A stretch of 49,463 nucleotides of DNA, taken from NCBI GenBank assembly GCA_964467845.1, contig CAYXTQ010000001.1, positions 1 through 49,463 of the forward strand. The letters run 5' to 3'. Positions 35,053 to 44,090 of this stretch are shown piece by piece. The stretch is from an uncultured Methanosarcinales archaeon. Its GTDB lineage: Archaea; Nanobdellota; Nanobdellia; Woesearchaeales; CAYXTQ01. The notes beneath the pieces were generated by a model. The model saw nothing but the letters and a program-made list of their open reading frames with translations. It did no database searches and was not told where the DNA came from. The position numbers and the translations under genes are program-made. Numbering within the stretch: position 1 is the first letter of the stretch; every line of letters begins with the position of its first letter.

Positions 35053-35496
35053 AGGAAAAATTGTAAAAATAAAAAGTTTATAAGCCTTATTGTAGCATAA
35101 TATACATACCCCTTTGTTTCTATTGGAAACTATATTTTAAAAATATATTTAATAATTTTTAATTAATTTATTATTATAAAAAACAATATATACTAAAAAA
35201 TATTTATTGTAATATATATTTTAAAATAAATAAAATACAAATATAATCTATTTATTTTCTATATAGAAAAAAATAAAATAAAAATATATAATATATAATA
35301 TATAATTAAGAATATAACAACAAAATAAATTATAAACAAAAAAAATTTCCATTTTATTATTTTTACTTCTCCATAAGAAACATAGGTGTCAGAGAAAAAA
35401 AAAAATTGAAAAATATGATTTTTTTTTTTTATTCATACAACCTTCAAATTTTTACTCAAAATACAAAAATTTAAATATATATATTCCGTTGCGTTA
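35053..35496. other. Candidate replication origin (oriC): extreme AT-rich unwinding region with ORB-like elements
   Basis: 444-nt non-coding spacer upstream of cdc6. It contains (ATATATA)n-like tracts (about 35283-35310). The ORB-like elements are CCTTTGTTTCTATTGGAAAC (35111-35130), ACTTCTCCATAAGAAACATAGG (35365-35386) and TTTCCATTTT (35346-35355). Confidence 0.6.
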
Positions 35497-35838
35497 ATGG
35501 GCCTTTTAGAATTTTTTGGTATAGAAAGTAAAAGAGAAAGAGAGATTAAACAATTTACGAGAGAACTTAATGATATCAGAAAAAAAAGAAAAGAAAAAGA
35601 AAAAGACCTTGATTTCAAGGAAGGTCTGTTTACACACACCTTAAAAGAATTTGAAAAGTTTCAGGAAAATTCTCTTAAAATGAATCCTCAAACTGCAAGA
35701 ATGCGTGCTGAGTATTATAATAGGGTGCTCTTCTTCAGCCTCCCCGAATCAATTAAGAAATTACAAAAAGAAATTTCTCTTTTAAATAAAAAGGAAGAGG
35801 ATTTGCTTGCTAGAACACAAGTCTTAGTTAATAAATGA
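35497..35838 (+). CDS. Hypothetical coiled-coil protein
   Basis: 113 aa, charged and heptad-like. I recognise no motif. Confidence 0.45.
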   Translation: MGLLEFFGIESKREREIKQFTRELNDIRKKRKEKEKDLDFKEGLFTHTLKEFEKFQENSLKMNPQTARMRAEYYNRVLFFSLPESIKKLQKEISLLNKKEEDLLARTQVLVNK

Positions 35839-35966
35839 TTAACAAAAATAAAATTTCTCAAATAAAGCAAACTTAAGCGTAAATGTTGTTTTGATGGAAA
35901 AATTAACAAACACAGATTACATATAAAAACAAAAAATATTTATAATGAGTGCTTTACAAAATAGTT

Positions 35967-36818
35967 ATGGTGCTCGAATCTCTAATAAGCCCTTTAAAAG
36001 CTGAGAAAAAGCCATGGGAAATGTTTTTTCTAGGCATAATTTATTCCTCAGTTGCTATTGTTTTGTCTTTATGGATATTTGAGAAACACGCTAGTTTAAT
36101 TTTTGTTTTTCTGACAGTAATGGCATGCATCCCTTTAATCTATAGAACAATCAAACTTGAAGAAAAAAAAAGCCTCGTCATAGATAAAGAAAAAACATTA
36201 CTTAAGGAACACAGCAAGGTTTTATATTTCTTAATCCTGCTTTTTGTCGGAGTTACCCTCTCAGTTGCATTGTGGTATGTTTTTTCGCCTGCAGACCTGG
36301 TTTCTAACCTATTTGATGTGCAGCAAAAAACCATTATAGGCATAAACACCAGTGTTACTGGTCAAGCAGTTCAACAATTTCATCTGTTTACTAAAATATT
36401 TTTTAATAATATGAAAGTTCTGACCTTTTGTTTGTTGTTTGCTTTTGTGTATGGTGTAGGAGCAATTTTTATTCTTACATGGAATGCATCTGTTATAGGG
36501 GTTGCGATTGGTAATGTTATCAGATCTAATCTTGCCCAATTAAGTGGCACTGTAGGATTAACCAAAATAGGGGGTTACTTTAACATTATTTCTTATAGCG
36601 TATTACGTTATTTTATACATGGCATCCCAGAGATTGCTGCTTATTTTATTGGAGGCTTAGCAGGAAGCATCATTTCAATAGCGATAATAAGGCACGATTT
36701 TAGAACAAAAAAATTCGAGCACATAATCCTTGATTCAACTGACTTAATTATAATCTCAGTTTTATTTTTGTTGATAGCAGCACTTATTGAGGTTTATATT
36801 ACCCCGATTTTATTCTAA
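35967..36818 (+). CDS. SpoIIM/DUF95-family integral membrane protein
   Basis: Multi-TM protein with the family-typical HGIPEIAAYFIGGLAG motif. The track start at 35949 is GTG, and the first ATG is at 35967. Confidence 0.75.
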   Translation: MVLESLISPLKAEKKPWEMFFLGIIYSSVAIVLSLWIFEKHASLIFVFLTVMACIPLIYRTIKLEEKKSLVIDKEKTLLKEHSKVLYFLILLFVGVTLSVALWYVFSPADLVSNLFDVQQKTIIGINTSVTGQAVQQFHLFTKIFFNNMKVLTFCLLFAFVYGVGAIFILTWNASVIGVAIGNVIRSNLAQLSGTVGLTKIGGYFNIISYSVLRYFIHGIPEIAAYFIGGLAGSIISIAIIRHDFRTKKFEHIILDSTDLIIISVLFLLIAALIEVYITPILF

Positions 36819-37448
36819 AACCTTTAATTTTCCGGGCCTCAACTCAAATACCTCTCCTTCTTGAAGTAAATTAGAAATTATTTCTTCAGTGTTGCTTAAG
36901 TTTGAATTCTTTATTACACTATCAAAATCAACACCATTGCCATTATCCATTTTTTTTATTAAGTTATAGATAACTTGGGAAGAGGGCTCTGTTATAACCT
37001 CTTCTTCAGATACGCGTTCTACTTTTTCCTCTATTTTTTTTTTTTCTTCATTCTTTCTTAATTCTAATTTCCTTACCTCAATCCACCCCTTGTTTTCTAT
37101 TTTTTTTATAATTTCTGGTATTACATATCTCTCTTTGCCATACTCCCTTGCCCTTCCAATCAATAAAACAACATCTCCAATTTCTAAATTTTCAATGATA
37201 TAGTTTTTTTCAAAACTTCTTGCAGAAATCTTTGATGTGCCATCATCTAATAACAAGCTATAATAATTTGTGTCTGTTTGGTTAGATTTTGATAGAACAA
37301 CAGAAATTAAATTAATTCTATAAATTTTTTTTCCGTCTGTGATTATATAATTAGGATTCCAGCCGTCTTCCTTGACATATTCTCCTTGGAGTATCTCTTT
37401 GATGCTTACCTTTTGTGCTACTAATCTTTTTTGATTTTCAGAGGGCAT
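36810..37448 (-). CDS. RPA2/RPA32-like OB-fold protein with a C-terminal winged helix
   Basis: The OB-fold pattern is INLISVVL...YYSLLLDDGTSKISARSF...GDVVLLIGRAREYGKERYVIPEII. The acidic linker is followed by a terminal wH-like segment (EEIISNLLQEGEVFELRPGKLKVL). Starting at the second Met (37448) abuts the mcm stop instead of overlapping it by 44 nt. Confidence 0.6.
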   Translation of the reverse strand: MPSENQKRLVAQKVSIKEILQGEYVKEDGWNPNYIITDGKKIYRINLISVVLSKSNQTDTNYYSLLLDDGTSKISARSFEKNYIIENLEIGDVVLLIGRAREYGKERYVIPEIIKKIENKGWIEVRKLELRKNEEKKKIEEKVERVSEEEVITEPSSQVIYNLIKKMDNGNGVDFDSVIKNSNLSNTEEIISNLLQEGEVFELRPGKLKVLE

Positions 37449-37449
37449 T

Positions 37450-39468
37450 TTAAATTCTTTGAATGAAGCCCCTACGGGGCTCAAAGACGTCACCCGAACG
37501 CTTCAGCTTTTCCAATACTTCCTCTACTTTAATATCCTCTATACCAGCTTCTGCAGCCTCTTTTAAAACATCTTCTATAGGAATCGTTCTTCCAATCTTG
37601 CTTTCTAAATCAGCTATTATCTCTTTTATTGTTAAAATATGGCCCCTTTGTGAAGCAGTAATACCAGTAACAATCTTATCAATATCTATCTTACCTGTTG
37701 TTTGATCTAACCCAACCTCACTAAGGCAGTGATGTAATAAACTTATTGCTCTTCTAGCATCTTTTCTTAAAACCTTATCTGAAAGTCTTATTCTGGCACT
37801 AGCCTCGCTTAATCTTACTAAAGCCTCGAGCTGCCTTGGTGAAATTGGTATTGTTTTTATAGCTCCTTCTTCAGTAAGTTCTTTTGTCCTCATCTCAATA
37901 TAATAATTTTTGATCTCTTCCATAGCGCTGTCTGTTAATTTAGGATTTATTTTTTGCCTTGCATAAGCAAGATATTTTTTTAACAACCTTGTTGGCACTT
38001 CAGGCAACTCTAACTCAGGACGTTGATGCAAAGCAAGTATATGCGTAGCCATTTTTTGGTCTTTGTCTTTATCAGGCACATCCTTAATAGGAAAAATTAA
38101 ATCAAACCTGTTGATTAGCGTAGGAGGCATATCAATCTGTTTTGCTAGCACATCATAAGGATCAAACCTTCCAAATTTTGGGTTTGCTGCAGCTAAAACA
38201 GTTGTTCTTGCCACTAATGTTGCCTGGATGTTTGCCTTTGATATACTAATAGTTTGATTCTCTAGAGCCTCATGCATTGCAGATCTGTCTTCTACACTCA
38301 TTTTATCCAGCTCATCAATACAACAAATTCCATCAGAAGCTAAAACCATTGCTCCTGCTTCCAAACTCCATCCTCTTAAAAATTCATCTTTAACAACAGT
38401 AGCTGTAAGACCTGCTGCTGAAACACCCTTTCCAGAAATATACCTTCCTTTGGGAGCAATTATAGATATCCTCTTAAGTAATTGTGATTTACCGCTGCCA
38501 GGATCTCCGACTAATAAAACATGCATATCTCCTCTTACTGTAGTACCGTCTGCTCTTTTTTTTTGAACGCCTCCAGCCAATTGTAAAATTAAAGCCTCTT
38601 TTATCCTCTCATAACCAAAAATTGAAGGTGCTACCGAGTTAATTAATTTTTTAAACAGATTTGGATCTTCAGCAATTTTTTTTATTTCTTTTTCTTCTTT
38701 TTTTGTAATCTTTATATCATAGAAAGTTTCCTCCACAGATTCAACATAGTTAGACTCAATTATTAAATCAGATCTCGTTGATTTAGTTCCAGAACGTAAA
38801 ATTATTGGAATCTCTTTTATCATTCCCATAACTCTGATCTTACTTCCTGGCTGGGTTTTTCTCTCACTAATTGGGCTTACTAAATCATCCTTTAAAAGTA
38901 TGTTTATCCTTTTTGGTTGTGCACCTCCTTCTAAGTCTTCAGGCGCTTCTTCTAAAACAATACCCTGGGCATCAACCAACTCCTTGCTTAGCAACCTAAA
39001 CTTACCCTTTCTTCCACAACTACATCTTGTAGGTTCTTTGAAAGCAGAATCTAATTGTAAAACAGTTATTATTTGTCCGCAACTTGGGCATTCAAATCTT
39101 GCTGTTGTAACCTGCGGCCTTACATCTGATTTTTGTCTTACTACTCCCTGTACTGATACAAATTTTCCTATATCCTTACTTCTGATGTTTTTGATCATTG
39201 TCTCCTGGCTTTTTGGTAAGTTCGTGAACCTAATCCTAAATCCTTTTGTATCACCTAAATCAAAATTTTCTACTGCCAGTTCTGCAGCTTTTATAACATC
39301 TTCAGGCTCTTCAAGTAATGCTTCTGCCAATTCTGGGTCAAAACTTGCTAGAATTGAAAAATCAACAACCAAGAATTTTTTTCCTTTTCTCGTCCTTTCT
39401 GACAATAAATCAAGATAATTATCCTCAAGAAACTCCTGGAATTTTTTGATTTGGTCTACTATAACCAT
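37450..39468 (-). CDS. mcm: MCM replicative helicase
   Basis: 672 aa with Zn finger CPSCG...CSCG, Walker A GDPGSGKSQ, Walker B CCIDELDKM and an arginine-finger region. It has no intein-sized insertion. Confidence 0.92.
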   Translation of the reverse strand: MVIVDQIKKFQEFLEDNYLDLLSERTRKGKKFLVVDFSILASFDPELAEALLEEPEDVIKAAELAVENFDLGDTKGFRIRFTNLPKSQETMIKNIRSKDIGKFVSVQGVVRQKSDVRPQVTTARFECPSCGQIITVLQLDSAFKEPTRCSCGRKGKFRLLSKELVDAQGIVLEEAPEDLEGGAQPKRINILLKDDLVSPISERKTQPGSKIRVMGMIKEIPIILRSGTKSTRSDLIIESNYVESVEETFYDIKITKKEEKEIKKIAEDPNLFKKLINSVAPSIFGYERIKEALILQLAGGVQKKRADGTTVRGDMHVLLVGDPGSGKSQLLKRISIIAPKGRYISGKGVSAAGLTATVVKDEFLRGWSLEAGAMVLASDGICCIDELDKMSVEDRSAMHEALENQTISISKANIQATLVARTTVLAAANPKFGRFDPYDVLAKQIDMPPTLINRFDLIFPIKDVPDKDKDQKMATHILALHQRPELELPEVPTRLLKKYLAYARQKINPKLTDSAMEEIKNYYIEMRTKELTEEGAIKTIPISPRQLEALVRLSEASARIRLSDKVLRKDARRAISLLHHCLSEVGLDQTTGKIDIDKIVTGITASQRGHILTIKEIIADLESKIGRTIPIEDVLKEAAEAGIEDIKVEEVLEKLKRSGDVFEPRRGFIQRI

Positions 39469-39522
39469 TTTTTTTTCCCCCCAACTTTGACAACATTATC
39501 TATGAATCAAAAAAATAAAAAA

Positions 39523-40077
39523 TTATTTGACCTTCTTTAAATTTACAATTAATTTATCTAAAGCAACATGTACTTCCTTTTCTGATTTTGTTCCTGTACA
39601 AACAACCTTTCCATTACTAAATAATAAGAATGTTGCTTTTATTTGCGCTTCTTCCAGTTTATACACTAGTCCTGGAAATTGTTCTGGTTCATATTCGGTG
39701 TTCTCTAACTTCATAGCTAATGTGTTAAGATTAAGGTCCATGCCAATTGAACCAGAAGCAACAATGTTTTGTATTTCAATTTCAGGCTTGATAGTAATCT
39801 TAATATTTATTTTTTCAAGGCTTTTTATAATCTTTTTTATTGATTCATGGACTTTATCCATGCTTCTAGCACCAGTACAAACAACCTTACCAGAGCTAAA
39901 AATTAGCGCAGAGGTTTTTGGTTCTTTTATCCTTATTACAAGGCCAGGAAACTGTTCTGGGTTGTATTCTGTATTAGATAACGTAGCAGCCATCTTTTCA
40001 AGCGGTATATCATGTTTTAAAGACGTACTGACAACTATATTTACCACTTTTATATTTTTCTGGATTTTTTTAGTCAT
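39523..40077 (-). CDS. tbp: TATA-box binding protein
   Basis: 184 aa with two direct repeats (NIVVST...EYNPEQFPGLVIR and NIVASG...EYEPEQFPGLVYK). Confidence 0.92.
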   Translation of the reverse strand: MTKKIQKNIKVVNIVVSTSLKHDIPLEKMAATLSNTEYNPEQFPGLVIRIKEPKTSALIFSSGKVVCTGARSMDKVHESIKKIIKSLEKINIKITIKPEIEIQNIVASGSIGMDLNLNTLAMKLENTEYEPEQFPGLVYKLEEAQIKATFLLFSNGKVVCTGTKSEKEVHVALDKLIVNLKKVK

Positions 40078-40178
40078 TTTTATACCCCCAAATATTGGTT
40101 TTATTTATAAACTTTATAAATAGAACTCCTTTATAAATACTTGCGTTTTTAAATACTTATTCTAGAGTTTATAAACCT

Positions 40179-40198
40179 CCTTTGTTTCCTGTGGAAAT
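40179..40198. promoter_or_regulatory. Second copy of the ORB-like motif: CCTTTGTTTCCTGTGGAAAT
   Basis: It shares CCTTTGTTTC and TGGAAA with 35111-35130, with a 3-nt versus 4-nt spacer between the two blocks. It lies in the divergent tbp/fbp spacer and has the internal palindrome TTTCC-TGT-GGAAA. Confidence 0.5.
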
Positions 40199-40271
40199 TT
40201 AATTATAAAACCACAATCTTTATATATTTTTGGCATTTAGAGTTTATTCTCAACTAGTTGGGGGATGAAAA

Positions 40272-41366
40272 ATGAAAATAACCTTAAGTTTAATAAAAGC
40301 AGATATAGGTTCTATTGGAGGTCATATTAAACCAAGTAAAAAAGTTATTGAAAGGGTTAGAGATTTTGTTAAAAACAGCAAATCAATAATTGATAGTTAT
40401 GTTTTTCATACAGGAGATGATATTTCTATATTAATGACGCACACAAAAGGAGAAAGTAATGAAGAAATACATAAACTCGCTTGGGATGCATTCACAGAAG
40501 GAACAGAGGTTGCAAAAGAGCAAGGACTTTATGGAGCAGGACAGGACTTATTAAAAGATTCTTTTTCAGGAAATGTAAAAGGAATGGGTCCAGCAGTAGC
40601 TGAGTTAGAGTTTGAAGAACGCCCAAATGAACCGTTTGTAGTTTTCGCAGCAGACAAAACAGATCCAGGTGCTTATAACTTACCATTATATCTTGGCTTT
40701 GTTGATCCAATGCACAACTCTGGCTTAATCTTAAGTCCAAAAATGAAAAAAGGATTTAAATTTTTAATAATGGATGTAGCATATACAAAAGGAGACAGAA
40801 TTATTGAGCTAAATGCTCCAGAAGAATTATATGATATTGCTTGCTTGTTAAGGGAAACAGACCGCTATGTTATAGAAAAAGTCTTTTCAAGAACAACAAA
40901 TGGGCAAGCAGCAGCTGTTTCTACAACAAGATTGCACAACATTGCAGGAGTTTATACTGGAAAGGATGATCCAATTATGATTGCTCGTACTCAAGGAGAA
41001 TTTCCAGCAACAGGAGAACTTTTAAGCCCATACGAAACATGTCATTTTGTTTCTGGTTTTATGAGAGGAAGTCATACAGGACCTTTAATGCCTGTAAGGC
41101 ATAATGCTACTATAAGTTTTTTTGATGGGCCTCCAATAGTTGGTGCTATTGGCTTTTGTGTTCATAACGGCAAACTAACAGAACCTGTTGATTTATTTGA
41201 CCATCATTTCTGGGAGTTTGTTAGGGACAAGGCAGCACACAAGGCAATCAGCATAAGAGAGCAAGGCTTTTTCGGCAATGCAATGCTAGGAATGAATGAA
41301 TTGGAATATGGAGGCATTAAAGAAAAATTAAAAAGCCTAGAGCCAAAATTCAAAATAAGAAAGTAA
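40272..41366 (+). CDS. fbp: Bifunctional fructose-1,6-bisphosphate aldolase/phosphatase (class V FBPase)
   Basis: 364 aa. The N-terminus ITLSLIKADIGSIGGH is diagnostic of the archaeal FBP aldolase/phosphatase family. Confidence 0.9.
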   Translation: MKITLSLIKADIGSIGGHIKPSKKVIERVRDFVKNSKSIIDSYVFHTGDDISILMTHTKGESNEEIHKLAWDAFTEGTEVAKEQGLYGAGQDLLKDSFSGNVKGMGPAVAELEFEERPNEPFVVFAADKTDPGAYNLPLYLGFVDPMHNSGLILSPKMKKGFKFLIMDVAYTKGDRIIELNAPEELYDIACLLRETDRYVIEKVFSRTTNGQAAAVSTTRLHNIAGVYTGKDDPIMIARTQGEFPATGELLSPYETCHFVSGFMRGSHTGPLMPVRHNATISFFDGPPIVGAIGFCVHNGKLTEPVDLFDHHFWEFVRDKAAHKAISIREQGFFGNAMLGMNELEYGGIKEKLKSLEPKFKIRK

Positions 41367-41367
41367 A

Positions 41368-42216
41368 ATGTTTGCTTCAATGAAAGGGGTTTTAGTTAAA
41401 GCTTACAGAAAAAAATATGCTGTTGGCGCATTTAACTTTTCCACAATTGAAATTTTGAATGCAATTTTTCAAGCTAGTTTAAATACAAAATCAGACATAA
41501 TAATAAGCACTTCTGAAGGCGAATTAAATCATTTTGGTATAGAAAATGCGGTTGCAATTGTAAAATCTCTGGGTAATAGAACAAAAAATAATCTTACATT
41601 GCATTTAGACCACGGTAAAAGTTTTGAAATAGTAAAACATTGTATTAAAGCAGGATATCCTAGTGTTCATATTGATGCTTCTAGTAAAGATTTCAAAGAA
41701 AACATAAAATTAACAAAAAAAGTTGTTGATTTTGCAAAAAATAAAGTCTGGGTTGAAGGAGAACTTGGCAGCATAAGTGGAAGTTCAACATTGCACGATC
41801 AAACTTATAGCGAAATAGTGAAAGAAGAATTTTTGACAAATCCAGATTTGGCAAAAGAATTTGTAGAAAAAACAAATATAGATACATTAGCAGTTTCTGT
41901 TGGTAATGTTCATGGTATTTGGAAAGGCCTGCCTAAACTTGATTTTAACAGATTAAAAAAAATACATGAAAAAGTAAAGATTCCTTTAGTTTTGCATGGT
42001 GGCTCAGGAATTCCGGATAAAGACGTAAGACAAGCTATAAAGTTCGGAATTGCAAAAATAAATGTTAACACAGAATTAAGAGTTGCATTTGCAAACTCTT
42101 TAAGAGAATCCTTAAATAAAAACCCAAAAGAAAATGTTCCTTACAATATATTAAATTCAACAATTCCTGCTGTTCAAGAAGTTGTGAAAAAAAAAATAAA
42201 ATTGTTTAAAGGGTGA
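41368..42216 (+). CDS. fba: Class II (metal-dependent) fructose/tagatose-bisphosphate aldolase family protein
   Basis: 282 aa with YAVGAFNF, LHLDHG, HIDAS, GELG, VLHGGSG and INVNTEL blocks of the F_bP_aldolase family. Confidence 0.8.
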   Translation: MFASMKGVLVKAYRKKYAVGAFNFSTIEILNAIFQASLNTKSDIIISTSEGELNHFGIENAVAIVKSLGNRTKNNLTLHLDHGKSFEIVKHCIKAGYPSVHIDASSKDFKENIKLTKKVVDFAKNKVWVEGELGSISGSSTLHDQTYSEIVKEEFLTNPDLAKEFVEKTNIDTLAVSVGNVHGIWKGLPKLDFNRLKKIHEKVKIPLVLHGGSGIPDKDVRQAIKFGIAKINVNTELRVAFANSLRESLNKNPKENVPYNILNSTIPAVQEVVKKKIKLFKG

Positions 42217-42220
42217 TAGT

Positions 42221-43231
42221 ATGGCAATAAAGGTTGGTGTTATAGGTTATGGAACTATTGGCAAAAGAGTAGCTGATGCTGTTGTACTACAAAAAGATAT
42301 GAAACTTGTTGGAATAACTGCACACAACTATAATTGGAGAATTAAAATAGCAAATGATCGTAAATTTAAGATATTTTCTTCAGATGGAAAAGAACTTTTT
42401 GAACCTTATGGAATAAAAATCGAAGGAAGCACTAATGATTTAATACAAGAATGTGATGTTATAGTAGATTGCACTCCAAAAAAAGTCGGCAAAGAAAACA
42501 AGGAAAAATATTATTTGCCAAATAAGGTTAAAGCATTATTCCAAGGTGGGGAAAAGCCCGATGTAGCACAAGCAAGTTTTGTTGCACAATGCAACTATAA
42601 AGAAGCCTTAAACAAAGATTATATTAGGGTAGTTAGCTGTAATACAACGGGCTTGTGCAGAACTTTAAATGCTGTTGACAAGGAATATGGTGTTGAAGAA
42701 GTGCACGCCACTATGATACGTCGTGGTGCAGATCCTTGGGACATACACCACGGACCAATTAATGCAATAGTTCCTGTTTTGGAGCTGCCCTCTCATCATG
42801 GTCCAGATGTTAGAACTGTCTTGCATAATTTAGAAATTTTTACAACAGCAATTTCAGTTTCAAGCACATTAATGCATATGCATAATCTAATAGTTGATTG
42901 TAAAAAAGCGCCGACAGTAGATGGTGTTTTAAACTTATTTGATAAAACTACAAGGGTAAGATTAGTTGATAACGCCTCTATGATAAGATCAACTGCAGAA
43001 ATTATGGAATATGCTAAAGATCTTGGCAGGGATACTAGAGGAGATATGCCTGAAATCTGTATTTGGAGAGAAGGAGTTGGTGCTTACAAGAAAAAGTTAC
43101 TGTACATGCAGGCAATACACCAGGAAAGTGATGTTATTCCTGAAAACATTGATGCACTTAGGGCAGTTATGGGTTTCGAGGATGGAGAAAAAAGCATTCA
43201 ACTGACAAATAAAAGCTTAAAGATTAAATAA
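42221..43231 (+). CDS. gap: Archaeal-type glyceraldehyde-3-phosphate dehydrogenase
   Basis: 336 aa with the N-terminus IKVGVIGYGTIGKRVA, catalytic SCNTTGL and the HHGPDV motif. Confidence 0.9.
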   Translation: MAIKVGVIGYGTIGKRVADAVVLQKDMKLVGITAHNYNWRIKIANDRKFKIFSSDGKELFEPYGIKIEGSTNDLIQECDVIVDCTPKKVGKENKEKYYLPNKVKALFQGGEKPDVAQASFVAQCNYKEALNKDYIRVVSCNTTGLCRTLNAVDKEYGVEEVHATMIRRGADPWDIHHGPINAIVPVLELPSHHGPDVRTVLHNLEIFTTAISVSSTLMHMHNLIVDCKKAPTVDGVLNLFDKTTRVRLVDNASMIRSTAEIMEYAKDLGRDTRGDMPEICIWREGVGAYKKKLLYMQAIHQESDVIPENIDALRAVMGFEDGEKSIQLTNKSLKIK

Positions 43232-43301
43232 TTTATACTTTTCTTTATTTCTCAAATTTAAAACAAAAAAGTTTAAATAAACTCCAATAATATTCCAATT
43301 T

Positions 43302-43907
43302 ATGTTTGCTGATATTGTTTTTCCTAGAGATAATGAGAGGAAATTAATTAATATGGCTGTGAGGTTAGGTTATTCTACTTTATATCTTATTTATGATTTT
43401 AAAGAAAATTTTGATAAAAAAAAAATAGAGGAACTAAGTGAAGATACAGACATTAAAATCAAGATGGGGTTTAAAACAGACATTAAGAATATTCAAAAAT
43501 TCAAGAGATTTGGTTTTACAGTAATAGAAGCAACTGATAAAAGCAGGCATATAATAGAAAAATGCAAGCCAAACTTAATTTACAACTTAGAATTAATTGG
43601 AAAAAAAGATTTTATCCATCATAGGAATAGTGGCTTAAATCAGGTTTTGTGTAAGTTGGCTAATAAAAACAAGGTTATTGTTGGCATCAATTTTAATAAT
43701 TTTTTAAAAGAAACAAAATTAAGAAAAGACATAATTATTGGGAGAATACAACAAAACATAAAACTTTGCAGAAAATACAAAGTAAAAATGTTGATTGCAA
43801 GCTTCGCCACTACACCCTATGAAATGCGAAATCCTCAGGATTTACTTAGTTTTTGTGTTGTCCTAGGAATGCATCCAAAAGAAGCAAAAGAAAGTTTAAG
43901 TTATTAA
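43302..43907 (+). CDS. rnp3: RNase P protein component 3 (Rpp30-like)
   Basis: 201 aa. The N-terminus FADIVFP....INMAVRLGYS and the alternating beta/alpha pattern fit the p30 TIM-barrel family. Confidence 0.6.
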   Translation: MFADIVFPRDNERKLINMAVRLGYSTLYLIYDFKENFDKKKIEELSEDTDIKIKMGFKTDIKNIQKFKRFGFTVIEATDKSRHIIEKCKPNLIYNLELIGKKDFIHHRNSGLNQVLCKLANKNKVIVGINFNNFLKETKLRKDIIIGRIQQNIKLCRKYKVKMLIASFATTPYEMRNPQDLLSFCVVLGMHPKEAKESLSY

Positions 43908-43922
43908 AAAATCATTATAAAA

Positions 43923-43971
43923 ACACGAAGAAATCGAAGATTTCTTGTGTCCCGAAAATCATAGATTTTCG
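43923..43971. other. Two tandem hairpins 3' of rnp3 (ACACGAAGAAATC-GAA-GATTTCTTGTGT and CGAAAATC-ATA-GATTTTCG)
   Basis: Read directly. They belong to the same GAAA(A)TC-NNN-GAT(T)TTC family seen at 22419, 44243 and 44276. Confidence 0.65.
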
Positions 43972-43973
43972 TG

Positions 43974-44082
43974 AATTCAATAAATAAACTATCAATAAAA
44001 AAAAAAAATCGTTTGGTTCACAAACACATTAAGGCAAACTATGTTTGCCTTAATGATAAGATAACACCAATATTTTTTTTTT
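43974..44082 (+). repeat. Intergenic repeat module R1, copy C (12-bp perfect central stem ATTAAGGCAAAC-TAT-GTTTGCCTTAAT at 44028-44054; A12 upstream, T10 downstream)
   Basis: It aligns with the reverse complement of 127-288. Relative to the preceding gene it has the same orientation as copy A. Confidence 0.75.
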
Positions 44083-44090
44083 AAATTTTA

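Noticed and set aside
35497-35838. The coiled-coil 113-aa protein as an ESCRT-III/Snf7-like division protein, because of its MGLLEFFG start
   Set aside because: It is about half the length of ESCRT-III family members, and I recognise no further family motifs. I left it as hypothetical.
37449-37493. 44-nt overlap between the OB-fold ORF and the mcm 3' end, as given in the track
   Set aside because: A second in-frame ATG at 37448 (MPSENQ) starts 2 nt after the mcm stop and removes the overlap. The upstream extension (MTSLSPVGASFKEFK) is probably not translated.
38900-39418. 172-aa plus-strand ORF inside mcm, and similar antisense ORFs inside cdc6 (34463-34864), pan (19641-20027), the wHTH gene (22562-22945), DP1 and DP2
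   Set aside because: They are antisense to strongly supported conserved genes, have no SD and have hydrophobic low-complexity translations.
28826-39468. Inteins in PolD DP2, MCM or other replication proteins
   Set aside because: The protein lengths (1175 aa and 672 aa) and contiguous conserved motifs leave no room for an intein. No intein block A/B or C-terminal HN motif was noticed.
39527-40123. 198-aa plus-strand ORF covering the whole tbp locus
   Set aside because: It is antisense to an unmistakable TBP gene with two canonical repeats. Its translation is Phe/Ser/Ile-rich shadow sequence.
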